Shown one piece after another: positions 35,531-45,538 of a stretch of DNA of 64,000 nucleotides. The notes under the pieces were generated by a model. It saw only the letters and a list, made by a program, of their open reading frames with translations, made no database searches and had not been told where the DNA came from. The stretch is from contig JBHGNT010000003.1 in NCBI GenBank assembly GCA_043228905.1, positions 372,001 through 436,000 of the forward strand, in the 5' to 3' direction. Made by a program: the position numbers and the translations under genes. This DNA comes from Azolla caroliniana. Its lineage: Eukaryota > Plantae > Polypodiophyta. The number at the start of each line of letters is the position of its first letter. The stretch's first letter is position 1.

Positions 35531-37657
35531 ATGAAGGGGGCGGATCTTGCAGAGGCCATGGCTTCGGCCGTGGATCGGATAGTAAGCGCGCGCGAGGGCA
35601 CCGGCGCCCTCGATAGAGCTATTGAGGCGGTCGTCGGAACGATCGGTCGATTCACCGGGAAGGATGCCACGAAGTACCTGGCGTCCTACGGTGCGGAAAT
35701 GTTAATGCGGGACATTCCGGAAGACAGGCGCCTTGCCGGTTTTCCCCGAGTGGCGATGCCGAGCATCCACGCGGAGGTGCTCGAGGTGCGGGCGGAGAGC
35801 CGTACCTGGGAGGAGTTCGAAGGTCGGCTCCTGGAAAAATACGGACTGGACGACGCGCTCCGGCTTTCGAAGCGAAGCTTCATGGAGTGGGTAGAGTCTC
35901 CCGGGAAAGGAAGGAATGCGTCGGCACTCCTCCGGGAGTTCGAGGAGAACTTCGCGCGCCTTTCGGCGCTTGACAGGATGGTCCTGGATACAAGCCGGGT
36001 CCTGCTGTTCGTCAAATCGGTTGACGAGAGGGATCGGAGTCACGTGGGCGCCCTGCTAGAAACCGAAGACGGGCTGACAGCCGACTGGGCGGCGGTCAAG
36101 AGAGCCTGCGGCCGTTTCGACAAACGGCGAGAATGGGAGGATGACAGAGCAACCGGGTCGGGCTCAGTCGCGGCGAGGAAACTCGAGCCGGCGCAGCCGG
36201 TGCGAAGGGAAGAGACTCGGGAGTGGCTGGAATCCGGTTCATCTCCGACCGGCGGGATCAGAGGCTCGACTGGAGGAGCTGCGTTGGAGGAACTGACGAG
36301 GGCGATAAAAGACCTCCAAATCGCACAAGCCCGCAGAGAAGGCGGAGGACCTGCTCGTGACCGACGGCCGGCGGCAGGGAACAGGTGCATGTGGTGCGAC
36401 GGGGTCGGCCACATCCGAAAAGACTGCGGCGATTTCGCGGAGGCGCTGAGGAACCGGGTGGTGTACCTATGGGAAGGCCGGGTTCACGCCAACGACACGA
36501 GAAGGGCCCTAAACCGAAACGACGGGCGAGGCGGAATGAAGAGGTTGATGGAAGAGGCGGCGGCCCGACATGCGGAAACCGTCCACTACTCGGCGTCGGC
36601 CGGTATTCGAGTCGGGGGCGGCGAGGCCCGAAAGGAAAGCAAAGCCGGATTCTGGCCGACGATGCTGGAAGGCCTTGCCGGTGCAGGGCTTAAAAGGGAG
36701 GAATCGGACCGTGCGGAGAAACGGGTACGGGAGATGACCGGGTGGAGCGACCCGGTCGAGGAAAAGACGGGCTTCGTGGAAGCCGCTTGCCGGAACTACG
36801 AGGCTCTGGTAGAAGAGAAGCGGGTGGGGAAACCCGGGACGACCGGGCCCTCACAACGATACGAGACCCGGTCCGGGCCGCGACGGGACGAAGCCGGCGG
36901 GGCCGGTACGCAAGGTAAACCCCAAAAGGGCGGATACCGTCTGGGGACGGAGATAGAAAGAACCACGGACTTACGAAAGGTCCTGGAGGAACGGATCCTC
37001 GACAGCAAGGTGGAGCTGTCGCTACGGGAGGTGCTGGGAATCGCCAAGAAGGAGTTCCACGACTCCATCGTGGACTTGGTGAAACGGAAGAGGCTGTCAA
37101 CGGAGACAGAACCGGAAAGACCGGTGGAAGTGCGGACGACGCACCTGGACGACATGGCGCTGGAAGACGAGTGGGCGGAGAGCCACTATTCGCGGCCACA
37201 CTGGGCCCGAGCGACCACGGAAACCCCGGTAAAGATCGGCGATGTCCAGGAACCGGTAGTAGCTTTGGTGGACCACGGATCGGAAATCAACCTGATGTCC
37301 ATGGACTTCTATAAGAAGGGCAAATGGCCGATCAACACCAAGCACGGGTGGAAGATAAGGGCGGCGACGCGCGCCACCGAGGAACTTCACGGGGCCTGCC
37401 CGAATGTACGGGTCAAGATCGGCGATGTCGAGATAGACCAGCACTTCTTCGTGCAGGAGTCGTCATCGCACCCCGTCATACTGGGAGAGCCGTACATCAC
37501 GGCGGCTCGAATGGAGACCAAGGTGCTGGACAACGGTTCGGCCTATGCGCGGGTCAAGAGCCAGGACGGGCGCCATTCGGTCCAGTTTTTGACGGTTAGG
37601 CCGAACCACGAACGTAACCGCGACTCCCTCGGTTCCGATAACCGAGAGGATTTTTAG
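35531..37657 (+). CDS. Family B ORF1: Gag plus aspartic protease
   Basis: First ATG at 35531; CCHC knuckle CMWCDGVGHIRKDC; protease VALVDHGSEINLM...VILGEPY. Confidence 0.92.
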   Translation: MKGADLAEAMASAVDRIVSAREGTGALDRAIEAVVGTIGRFTGKDATKYLASYGAEMLMRDIPEDRRLAGFPRVAMPSIHAEVLEVRAESRTWEEFEGRLLEKYGLDDALRLSKRSFMEWVESPGKGRNASALLREFEENFARLSALDRMVLDTSRVLLFVKSVDERDRSHVGALLETEDGLTADWAAVKRACGRFDKRREWEDDRATGSGSVAARKLEPAQPVRREETREWLESGSSPTGGIRGSTGGAALEELTRAIKDLQIAQARREGGGPARDRRPAAGNRCMWCDGVGHIRKDCGDFAEALRNRVVYLWEGRVHANDTRRALNRNDGRGGMKRLMEEAAARHAETVHYSASAGIRVGGGEARKESKAGFWPTMLEGLAGAGLKREESDRAEKRVREMTGWSDPVEEKTGFVEAACRNYEALVEEKRVGKPGTTGPSQRYETRSGPRRDEAGGAGTQGKPQKGGYRLGTEIERTTDLRKVLEERILDSKVELSLREVLGIAKKEFHDSIVDLVKRKRLSTETEPERPVEVRTTHLDDMALEDEWAESHYSRPHWARATTETPVKIGDVQEPVVALVDHGSEINLMSMDFYKKGKWPINTKHGWKIRAATRATEELHGACPNVRVKIGDVEIDQHFFVQESSSHPVILGEPYITAARMETKVLDNGSAYARVKSQDGRHSVQFLTVRPNHERNRDSLGSDNREDF

Positions 37658-37717
37658 AGAGGGCTGCCAAGGCGTGGGGCCGCGACAGTCCGGACACCCC
37701 GGGAAAACCCCACACCT
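37648..37717 (+). promoter_or_regulatory. Putative -1 ribosomal frameshift signal
   Basis: G GAT TTT heptamer immediately before the ORF1 TAG; the -1 frame is open from here into ORF2; a pseudoknot can form 6 nt downstream. Confidence 0.8.
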
Positions 37718-40700
37718 GTACGATAAAACCGAAGAAACCTTGTACCATAGGTAGGGAATTTTTGTTCTCCGACAGCGGAGCGTGTGCGATGGTCGGCATC
37801 GCCGGCCGAGAGAAAACAAAGACGGAGGCGAGACTTCGAGCGTGCGGAGTTCTCGGCCCGGACGAGGAAATCAACGGAGCCGTGGAGGCGGTCTCATTCG
37901 ACGACACCTTGGGAATGCTGGGAAAGGTAGTCGAAAAAGGCCTTAACGAAGACCGGACGATACCGGTGTGTTCCGAGGAGATGTACGAAGTCATCGCGGA
38001 CTTCGGTCGAGGGCTCGAGTCAGTTCGGACGGCCCACGTAAACACCAAGTACAAGACTGTGGACCGGAAGGTAAGGCCAGTAGCGGCACCCTTACCGGAG
38101 GACAGCGCGTCGAGAATCAAAGGGGTTGCGTCGGACCCTAGCCTACGAGATCCGGCCTGCATAGGGCACACCTTCACTGACGAGACGCTCCGAGAGCTCA
38201 AAATCGGTGGGGGCGGGTTCCTACTGCCGGCGGAGGAGGACCGGTTTCGGAGAATGCTCGGAAGGCACGGGAAAGCCTTCGCATTCTCGCCGGAGGAAAT
38301 CGGGTGCGTGGACCCGACGATCGTAGAGCCGATGGTGATATTCACGGTACCGCATGTACCGTGGAATCTCAAGCCAATCTCGGTTCCGAGAGCTCGCATC
38401 CCGAAGTTGATGAAGCTGTTGAAGCAGAAAGTTGATATGGGCATTCTCGAGCCGTCGAGCGCCCCGTATTCAAACCGATGGTTTACCGTACCGAAGAAAA
38501 ACGGTTCGCTGCGCTTCATCCAGGACCTGCAGCCGGTCAATCGAGTGACCATTCGGAACGCAGGGATCGGACCGACCATAGACGAGTTCGCGGAGGCCTT
38601 CGCCGGAAGGTCAATTTACTCGGTCGGGGATCTATACTCAGGGTACGACCAGTTCCAGCTTGCCGTGGAGAGCAGAGACATTACGACGATGCGAACTCCC
38701 CTCGGCCTAGTTCGGATGTGTACACTGCCGCAAGGAGGGACCAACTCGGTGGCCCACATGGTGAATGCGATGAACAAGGTGCTGAGGGACTACATCCCGA
38801 ACATCACCATGCCGTTTCTAGACGACATCCCGATCAAGGGGTGCCCGGTGGAAGAGAAGGACGAGACGGTCGGACCGGACGGATGCCGGCGATTCGTGGT
38901 GACGCACATCGACGACTGCGAGAAGGTGCTGCAAAGGCTAGAGGAAGCGAGACTCACCTTCTCCGGGGAGAAGTCGGCCTTCGGGCAGTCAGAAATCATG
39001 GTGGTCGGACACCTGTGCGGACCGTACGGCCGGAAACCGTCTCCGGCAAAGGTAGAAGCCATCTCCGCGATGAAGCCCGACTGCAGCTCGGTCACGGAAG
39101 TACGGAGATTCCTGGGGGCATGCGCGTTCTACCACATATGGATCCCGCATTACGCACACCTCGCGGAGCCACTGTACGGGTTGCTGAAAAAGGGGCGAAG
39201 GTTCGAATGGCTAGACGAGCACGCGGAATCGGTCCGGAAGCTGAAAGAGGCCCTTGCAGCGGCACCGGCGCTCCGGAAGGCGGTATACGGGAAGGGTACC
39301 CCGGTATTCATAACGGTGGATACCAGTCCGACCGGGATCGGATGGGTCGTGAACCAGGAAGACGAGGACGGCAATCGGTTCCCGATCCGATTCGGCGCGA
39401 AAGTCCTCAGTGAACGGCAGCGAGGATACGCCCAGGTTAAACGCGAACTCTGGGGTATTGTTTCGGCGGTTAAGGCCGACAAAGACTACCTGATAGGGAC
39501 GGAAGTGATCATCGAGACGGATTGCCTGCCGATCCTCGGAATGGTTTCCGGATGCGCGACTCCGGACCTGGCGATGCTCAGGTGGATAGCGTACATCAAG
39601 TCCCTGGACCCGGAAATACGACACATTTCCGGGAAAGACAACGCCATGGCCGACATGCTTTCGAGGGCGAGGTTCGACGACGAGGGCGGCATGGTTTCGG
39701 AAGACGAAGAAGTCGGCGTGGATTTCTTCGAGGCGGCATACATAACGACCGACGGGGTGAGCACTCCGGCGCTTAACGAGTTCGACGCGAGCAAGTACGA
39801 CGGGGAGTGGCTGCAGATCGGCGGGTTTTTGAAGACAATGACGCCCGATGCGTCATGGACAAAGGACGAGGCCAACCGGATCCGGAAGAAAGCATATCGA
39901 TTCTTTCTCCGAGATGGGCATCTATGGAAGCACCCGAAGAAGAGGGACGGCGTCCCGCTCCGGGTGGTGGCGATGAAGGAGGTACAGGAGGAGCTACTGG
40001 CGGCCTACCACGACAGCCCTTGGGCTGGACACCGTGGAACGTGGGCGACGTTTGAGAAGCTGAAGGGGAAGTACTGGTGGCCGGGATTGTACCGGGACGT
40101 GCATCGGTTCGTGTCAACTTGCGAGAGTTGTCAGATGCACTCGGTAGTCCGACACCGGGACGGGCTTCACCCTACGTACCCTCCGACTATCCACTTCAAA
40201 TGGATGGTAGATCTGGTGACGATGCCGATGGGGGTAGGACAGATGCGATATCTGGTCCTAGCGCGGGAAGACCTGACGAACCAGGTGGAAGGCCGGGCCC
40301 TTCAGAACAAGACGACCGCGGCCGTGTGTCGGTTCCTAGTCGAGGACGTGATATGCCGGTACGGGTGCGTCGGGAAGATCGTGGCTGACCGAGGGGAGTT
40401 GGACGCCGAAGAGGCCGCGGAGCTGTTCGACCGGCTTGGAGTCAAGCTCTCGCTCACCACTGCGTACAATCCGGAGGCGAATGGGAAGGTGGAGCGCGGA
40501 CACGGACCGATCGTCAAGGCGTTGATTCGGGCATGCGGAGGCCGAGTCGGTAACTGGCCGCAGCTGCTACCTTATGCTTTGTGGGCCGACCGGACTACGC
40601 ACAGTTCGGTAACCGGGTACATGCCGACAGAGCTCATGTTCGGCCAGAAGCCGATCATGCCGATTGAACGGACGATCTCCTCGTGGGCAACGGTCGACTG

Positions 40701-41145
40701 GAGGGACGAGATGAGCCGGGAGGAGTTGTTGGCAGCGCGTATACGACAACTCGAACGGAGACCGGAAGACGTGGAGACGGCTGCAGAAAAGATCCGAGTG
40801 GCGAGGATAAAGAACAAAGCCAGGTTCGACCGAACGCACCGACTCCGACCGAAGAAGATCGAAGAAGGTGACTGGGTGCTCGTCTACGACAGCAGCCTCG
40901 ACAACCAGCACCGAGCAACGCGGAAGTTCGCACGGAGATGGTTCGGGCCGTATACGGTACAGAGCGCCAACGACAACGGGACGTATCATCTGGCGGAGCT
41001 CGACGGTACGAGAATAGCGATACCCGTGGCCGGGAAGAGGGTCAAAGCTTTCAAGAAGCGGCACGACGACGAGCCCGACCCGATTCTCCTGAACAGCAGC
41101 GACGACCGATCCGGGGCCGAGGAAGGGCCGGCAGGCGAAGAGTAG
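37648..41145 (+). CDS. Family B ORF2: RT-RNaseH-integrase, entered by -1 frameshift
   Basis: DLYSGYDQ, LPQGGTNS and FLDDI (RT); VDTSPTGIG...KRELWG (RNaseH); HHCC, WMVDL, ADRGE, NGKVER and GPY (IN); no chromodomain; no in-frame stop from 37648. Confidence 0.93.
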   Translation, partial: GFLERAAKAWGRDSPDTPGKPHTCTIKPKKPCTIGREFLFSDSGACAMVGIAGREKTKTEARLRACGVLGPDEEINGAVEAVSFDDTLGMLGKVVEKGLNEDRTIPVCSEEMYEVIADFGRGLESVRTAHVNTKYKTVDRKVRPVAAPLPEDSASRIKGVASDPSLRDPACIGHTFTDETLRELKIGGGGFLLPAEEDRFRRMLGRHGKAFAFSPEEIGCVDPTIVEPMVIFTVPHVPWNLKPISVPRARIPKLMKLLKQKVDMGILEPSSAPYSNRWFTVPKKNGSLRFIQDLQPVNRVTIRNAGIGPTIDEFAEAFAGRSIYSVGDLYSGYDQFQLAVESRDITTMRTPLGLVRMCTLPQGGTNSVAHMVNAMNKVLRDYIPNITMPFLDDIPIKGCPVEEKDETVGPDGCRRFVVTHIDDCEKVLQRLEEARLTFSGEKSAFGQSEIMVVGHLCGPYGRKPSPAKVEAISAMKPDCSSVTEVRRFLGACAFYHIWIPHYAHLAEPLYGLLKKGRRFEWLDEHAESVRKLKEALAAAPALRKAVYGKGTPVFITVDTSPTGIGWVVNQEDEDGNRFPIRFGAKVLSERQRGYAQVKRELWGIVSAVKADKDYLIGTEVIIETDCLPILGMVSGCATPDLAMLRWIAYIKSLDPEIRHISGKDNAMADMLSRARFDDEGGMVSEDEEVGVDFFEAAYITTDGVSTPALNEFDASKYDGEWLQIGGFLKTMTPDASWTKDEANRIRKKAYRFFLRDGHLWKHPKKRDGVPLRVVAMKEVQEELLAAYHDSPWAGHRGTWATFEKLKGKYWWPGLYRDVHRFVSTCESCQMHSVVRHRDGLHPTYPPTIHFKWMVDLVTMPMGVGQMRYLVLAREDLTNQVEGRALQNKTTAAVCRFLVEDVICRYGCVGKIVADRGELDAEEAAELFDRLGVKLSLTTAYNPEANGKVERGHGPIVKALIRACGGRVGNWPQLLPYALWADRTTHSSVTGYMPTELMFGQKPIMPIERTISSWATVDWRDEMSREELLAARIRQLERRPEDVETAAEKIRVARIKNKARFDRTHRLRPKKIEEGDWVLVYDSSLDNQHRATRKFARRWFGPYTVQSANDNGTYHLAELDGTRIAIPVAGKRVKAFKKRHDDEPDPILLNSSDDRSGAEEGPAGEE

Positions 41146-41217
41146 AGGCGGGCCGGTTTTCTCCGTGCCAACTTAATTTGGCGCATGCCGGTGGATGCGC
41201 GGTTAGGTGGGGGCGGA

Positions 41218-41935
41218 TGTCGTGAAGAAAACCGCCAACAAGAGGAATCGGAGGAACAAGGCGTGGGAAACGGCTCTACACACACACGCGCGCCAAGAAG
41301 TACCTAAGGACGAAGTAGGTACATACGAGGATCCTAGGCGGGTAGATTCGGTTGGTAAGCAGTTAATGCAAAACGGCCTCTTGACGGGCTATAAAAGGAA
41401 GAGGAAGAATAGAAGTCGGACATCTCCCGCGGAGAGGACAAAGTGCTGCCGAACCGATTTCGGAGCTTCTCCCTCACTCCTGCTCTCTCTGTCTTCTGCT
41501 CCATCGCGTACCTGTGCAGGTTTCGAGGAGGCTTGCGCTGTTCCGTGGAACGCCCCGAGTGCGTCCTGCAGCACCTCCGACCTGTTTTACCTTTCTGTGC
41601 GTCGCGACATACAGGGGTCGGCAGCTGTTCGCCGCCCTGTTCGTTTTCGTTAGTATCTATTTTGTGCCCCACCGTGGGCTGTAATACTTTAGTCTGCTAT
41701 TTTTCTTGCATTCATAAGTACATATCTCTCGTTGTTGCGTCCATCTGCGTCGGCGTTCATTTGTGATCTCTGTTTGTTGGGCCGTGTCCCTGTGCAATCG
41801 TCGGTTCTGCGCAATCGGATCTTCGGTTCTGTGTAATCGGGTCTCTCTCTTATCTCTCTCTCTCTCTTGCTCTTCGGTTCGAGACCCCCGTGGTCCCTCC
41901 TCCTTTCTACACGCAAGGGCGTAGCAACCCCGACA
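41218..41935 (+). repeat. Family B 3' LTR
   Basis: Direct repeat of 34770-35487, preceded by the G-rich tract ggttaggtgggggcgga. Confidence 0.96.
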
Positions 41936-42716
41936 ACGTAAAATATCCTGTGTACTCTTCTCCCCATTATCTTCGTGTATTTTGTAATTCCTGTTTTCTG
42001 AAAGTTAATCCTATTTCTCGGTTGTGGCCGAGCACTGCGTATAACATGTGGTTGTATTATTCCCCTTGCTCGGTCCCCTGTGCAAGACCCCGCTCGACAT
42101 GACAGCCCGTGAGCTCCCCAACCGGCGGCTTGGCAGCCGACTGCGGCTTTAACCTACCTTGGTCAGGCTCGAAGCCAAGGTAGTATTATTTCGCTTGTAA
42201 TATACATACTCTTGTTTGTTTGTGCATATCGGTGTATTTGGTGGAGTTGGAAGCACGGCCCCTTGCTTCTTGTGCATAAGAGTTGGCGACGTGCACACGC
42301 TCTCTCTTCTCTCTTCTCTCTCTCTCTCAGGAAGGTGAGGACGGTACAAGGTTCCCTATCCGGTTTGGGGCAAAGGTACTTAGCGAGCGGCAACGAGGAT
42401 ACTCCCAGGTTAAGCGCGAACTCTAGGGTATCGTTTTGGCAATCAAGGCCGTCAAAGACTATCTAATTGGGACGGAAGTGATAATTGAGACGAATTGCCT
42501 ACCGATCCTCGGTATGGTTTCCAGATGCGCGAATTCGGACCTGACGATGCTCAGGTGGATCGCGTACATAAAATCTCTGAACCCGGAGATACGACACATA
42601 TCCGGAAAGGACAACACCATGCCCGATATGCTTTCAAGAGTGAGGTTTGATGACAAAGACGGCATGGTTTCGGAAGACGAAGAGGTCGGCGTGGACTTCT
42701 TCAAGTCAACGCACGT

Positions 42717-43253
42717 CGCGTTATTACGCACGTGCGTGTAGAAGGACGGGACCACGGGGGTCTCGGACGAGGGAAGAAGGGAAGCCGAGAAGAAGATTCC
42801 GGACGCGTTCCGGAAGCAACGAATGAGAGAGAGAGAAATAGAAAGAGAAAGAGAAAGAGAAAGAGAAAGAGAAAGAGAAAGAGAGGGAGCGCACGCTTGA
42901 CACCAACTCACACACACACACACACCACGCCGACCCAACTCGCGCCCTTATGTACAGAAAACTCAGGGAAGGGAAAGCACCCGACACCAACAGAGACACA
43001 AATAAGCACAACCCTGTATATATATACGATTACAAGAGTGAGTTACAACTCCGGCTCCGAGCCGGACTGAGGTAAGCTAGGTCGCAACAATAGCCTACCA
43101 CCAAGCCGCCGTCGGAGAGCTCTCAGGGGATTCCCTGTCCCGACTTGACTCCTGCTATTCACACGTTTCTACAAAGGGGGAGTGCACATGGTGCACACCA
43201 CCGATTCTCCCGAAATTCTCCGATTCCGCCTAGGGACGGTTTTCTCCACGACA
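42717..43253 (-). repeat. Family B-type solo LTR
   Basis: Reverse complement begins tgtcgtggagaaaaccgtccctaggcggaatc (cf. 29011); flanked by acgt on both sides; the host frame FFKSTH|VTTRAG is restored on removal; 3 terminal nt are missing on the left. Confidence 0.85.
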
Positions 43254-43944
43254 ACGTGACAACAAGGGCAGGGAACACTCTTGCGTTGAGCGAGTTCAAC
43301 GAGAGAGAGTATGATGGGGAGTGGCTCCAGATTGGAAGATTCCTCAGGATGATGACGCCAGATACCGCGTGGACGAGAGATGAAGTTGACCGGATCCGGA
43401 GGAAAGCTTACCGATTCTTCCTGCGGGACGGGAGCATTTGGAGGCACCCAAAGAAACGAGGTAACGTCCCACTACGTGTAGTAGCAAGGAAAGAAGAGCA
43501 GGAGGCGCTGCTTGCGGCGTACCACGAGAGTCCCTGGGCCGGGCACCGTGGCACTTGGGCCACCATCGAGAAGCTGAAGGAGAAGTATTGGTGGTCGGGG
43601 CTGTACCAGGATGTGCACCAATTCGTGACAACGTGTGAAAGCTGCCAGATGCACTCCGCAATCCGGCATCGGGATGAGCTACACCCGACCTACCCGCCAA
43701 CCGCCCATTTCAAGCGGATGGTGGACTTAGTAACAATGCCAATGGGAGTAGAGCAGATGCGGTACCTAGTGCTAGCGCGGGAGGATTTGACGAACAAGGT
43801 GGAGGGTCGCGCACTACAAAACAAGACGATTGCGTCAGTCTGTCGGTTCCTAATTGAACAAGTAGTATGCTGATACGGGTGTGTAGGGAAGATCATGGCG
43901 GATCGAGAAGAGTTGGACGCGCAGGAAGCTGAGGAGTTGTTCGA

Positions 43945-44111
43945 TCGGTTGGGAGTCAAGCTCTCTCTCCACAAACGCTTTACGCCGTTGTTGTTCCTGC
44001 TCCAACACAGCCATGCTGTGGACGCGTTTTTCCCCGAGTTCAAGGAGTTGGTGGAGCCGTACCTCCTCCGACTTGGCTTTTGATAGTCGGTTGGGAGTCA
44101 AGCTCTCTCTC
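43945..44111. other. Templated filler insertion with a 25-bp flanking duplication
   Basis: 43968-44092 equals 23186-23310 with 2 mismatches; tcggttgggagtcaagctctctctc occurs at 43945 and 44087. Confidence 0.9.
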
Positions 44112-45538
44112 ACTACGGCGTACTATCCGAAGGCGAACGGGAAGGTAGAGCGCGGGCACGGGCCAATCGTGAAGGCACTAGTACGAGCATGTGAAAGACA
44201 GGTCAGGAATTGGCCGCGGCTCCTCCCTTACGCATTGTGGGCGGATCGGACTACGCACAGTTCGGTAACTGGGTTCATGCCATCAGAGTTGATGTACGGG
44301 CAAAAGCCGATCACGCCGATAGAACGAACGATCTCCTCATGGGTGGCGATAGATTGGAGGGGCGAGATCATCCGAGAAGAGCTGTTGGCGGCGCGGATTC
44401 GGCAACTCGAGCAAAGATCGGAGGACGTGGAACGGGCAAAGGTGAAGCTGTGTACGGCAAGGGAAAGGAACAAAGACAAGTTCGACCAAACACATCGACT
44501 GCGGCCAAAGAAGATCGAAGAAGGCGACTGGGTGCAACCTCCAAAATCAACACATGACAGCGCGTAAGTTCGCGAAGAGATGGTTCGGGCCCTACACCGT
44601 GACGAGCACAAACAACAATGGCACGTATCATCTTGCGGAGCTCGACGGAGCGCGGATAGCGATACCGATGGCCGGTAAGCAGATAAAGGTGTTCAAGAAA
44701 CGGCATGCCGACGGGCCGGACCCGGCAAGCGCAAATGATGGTAACGACTGGACCGGCACAAACGATGACTCAAAGGATGAAGAATGATCACGGGTCGGTC
44801 TTCTCCGGCAAATGGACAATCTGGCACGTACCGGTGGACGTGCAGTCTGGTGGGGGTGGATGTCGTGAAGAAAACCGGCCCTAAGAAGAATCAAAGAATT
44901 AAAGTCGTGAACCCGCCTTTGCACGAGTGTGTGCGAATTGATACATTGTACATAACTAGGAATAGGACGGCTGATGTAAACATACTAGGTATTAGATATT
45001 TAATAATTAAGAAATCAATGTGTATCTCTGTCCGAAGGGACAGAGAATAAAGTTAGCGTGTTTTGATGTAACGGCCTCCTCAGCGACCTATAAAAGGGAA
45101 GGGGAAAAGAAGAAGAGGGATCACGTTGTTTTTGGGAAAGAAGGAGGTGTTGTCGGACTGGGACCAAGCTCTCTCTTCCTCTATCATCATTCTCTACAGG
45201 GTTGCCATCGTTGTAATTGTCACTGTTATTGTAATTGAATCTCTTGTTTCCGTATATCTGTGTTATCTGTGTTATCTGTGTCATCTGTGTTATCTGTGTT
45301 TCTAGGAGTGTCTTCTTTCACTTCTCTCGAGTGTGCTCCTTGATTAAGTCGGTATACGCGTTGGTGGTTCAATCAGTGGGCAAGTGTTGCCGGTTGCTGA
45401 CAAGTCTAGCAGGCCTTACACTTGCGTGCTTCTCGCTCCCTCTTGTCTCTCTTGCTCCTTGGTTCAGGGCCCTCGTGGTCCCGCCTTATTTCACACACGA
45501 AAGCGTAACAATGCGAAAACGCGTCATTAGAACAGGAA

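Larger units (their letters stand above)
34770..41935 (+). mobile_element. Intact Ty3/Gypsy family B element (7166 bp)
   Basis: 718-bp LTRs 34770-35487 and 41218-41935 (TGTCG...CGACA); 4-bp TSD acgt; PBS at 35491; two long ORFs. Confidence 0.97.
29407..42046 (+). mobile_element. Intact Ty1/Copia family C element (Tnt1/Tork-like) with a Gypsy inserted in its 3' LTR
   Basis: TSD tgtgg/tgtgg; 691-bp LTRs (29407-30097; 34186-34769 plus 41940-42046); PBS tggtatcagagc at 30101; PPT gaagggggag at ~34174; one 1348-aa ORF. Confidence 0.97.
42328..45518 (+). mobile_element. Decayed family B-related element: RNaseH-integrase plus 3' LTR (44861-45518)
   Basis: ORFs 42436, 43145, 44013 and 44554 are collinear with ORF2 of the intact copy; the LTR starts tgtcgtgaagaaaacc at 44861 and ends ...gcgtaacaatgcgaaa. 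Confidence 0.88.

Noticed and set aside
34693-35670. ORFs repeated at 34693-35318 and 41207-41766 as duplicated genes
   Set aside because: They are translations of the two identical family B LTRs.
37762-37764. TTG start for family B ORF2
   Set aside because: The frame is open back to the slippery site at 37648, so frameshift entry is the simpler explanation.
37596-39413. Long alternative-frame ORFs (37596..38579 minus, 38478..39413 plus)
   Set aside because: They shadow a GC-rich pol ORF and have no recognisable motifs; this is expected from codon bias.
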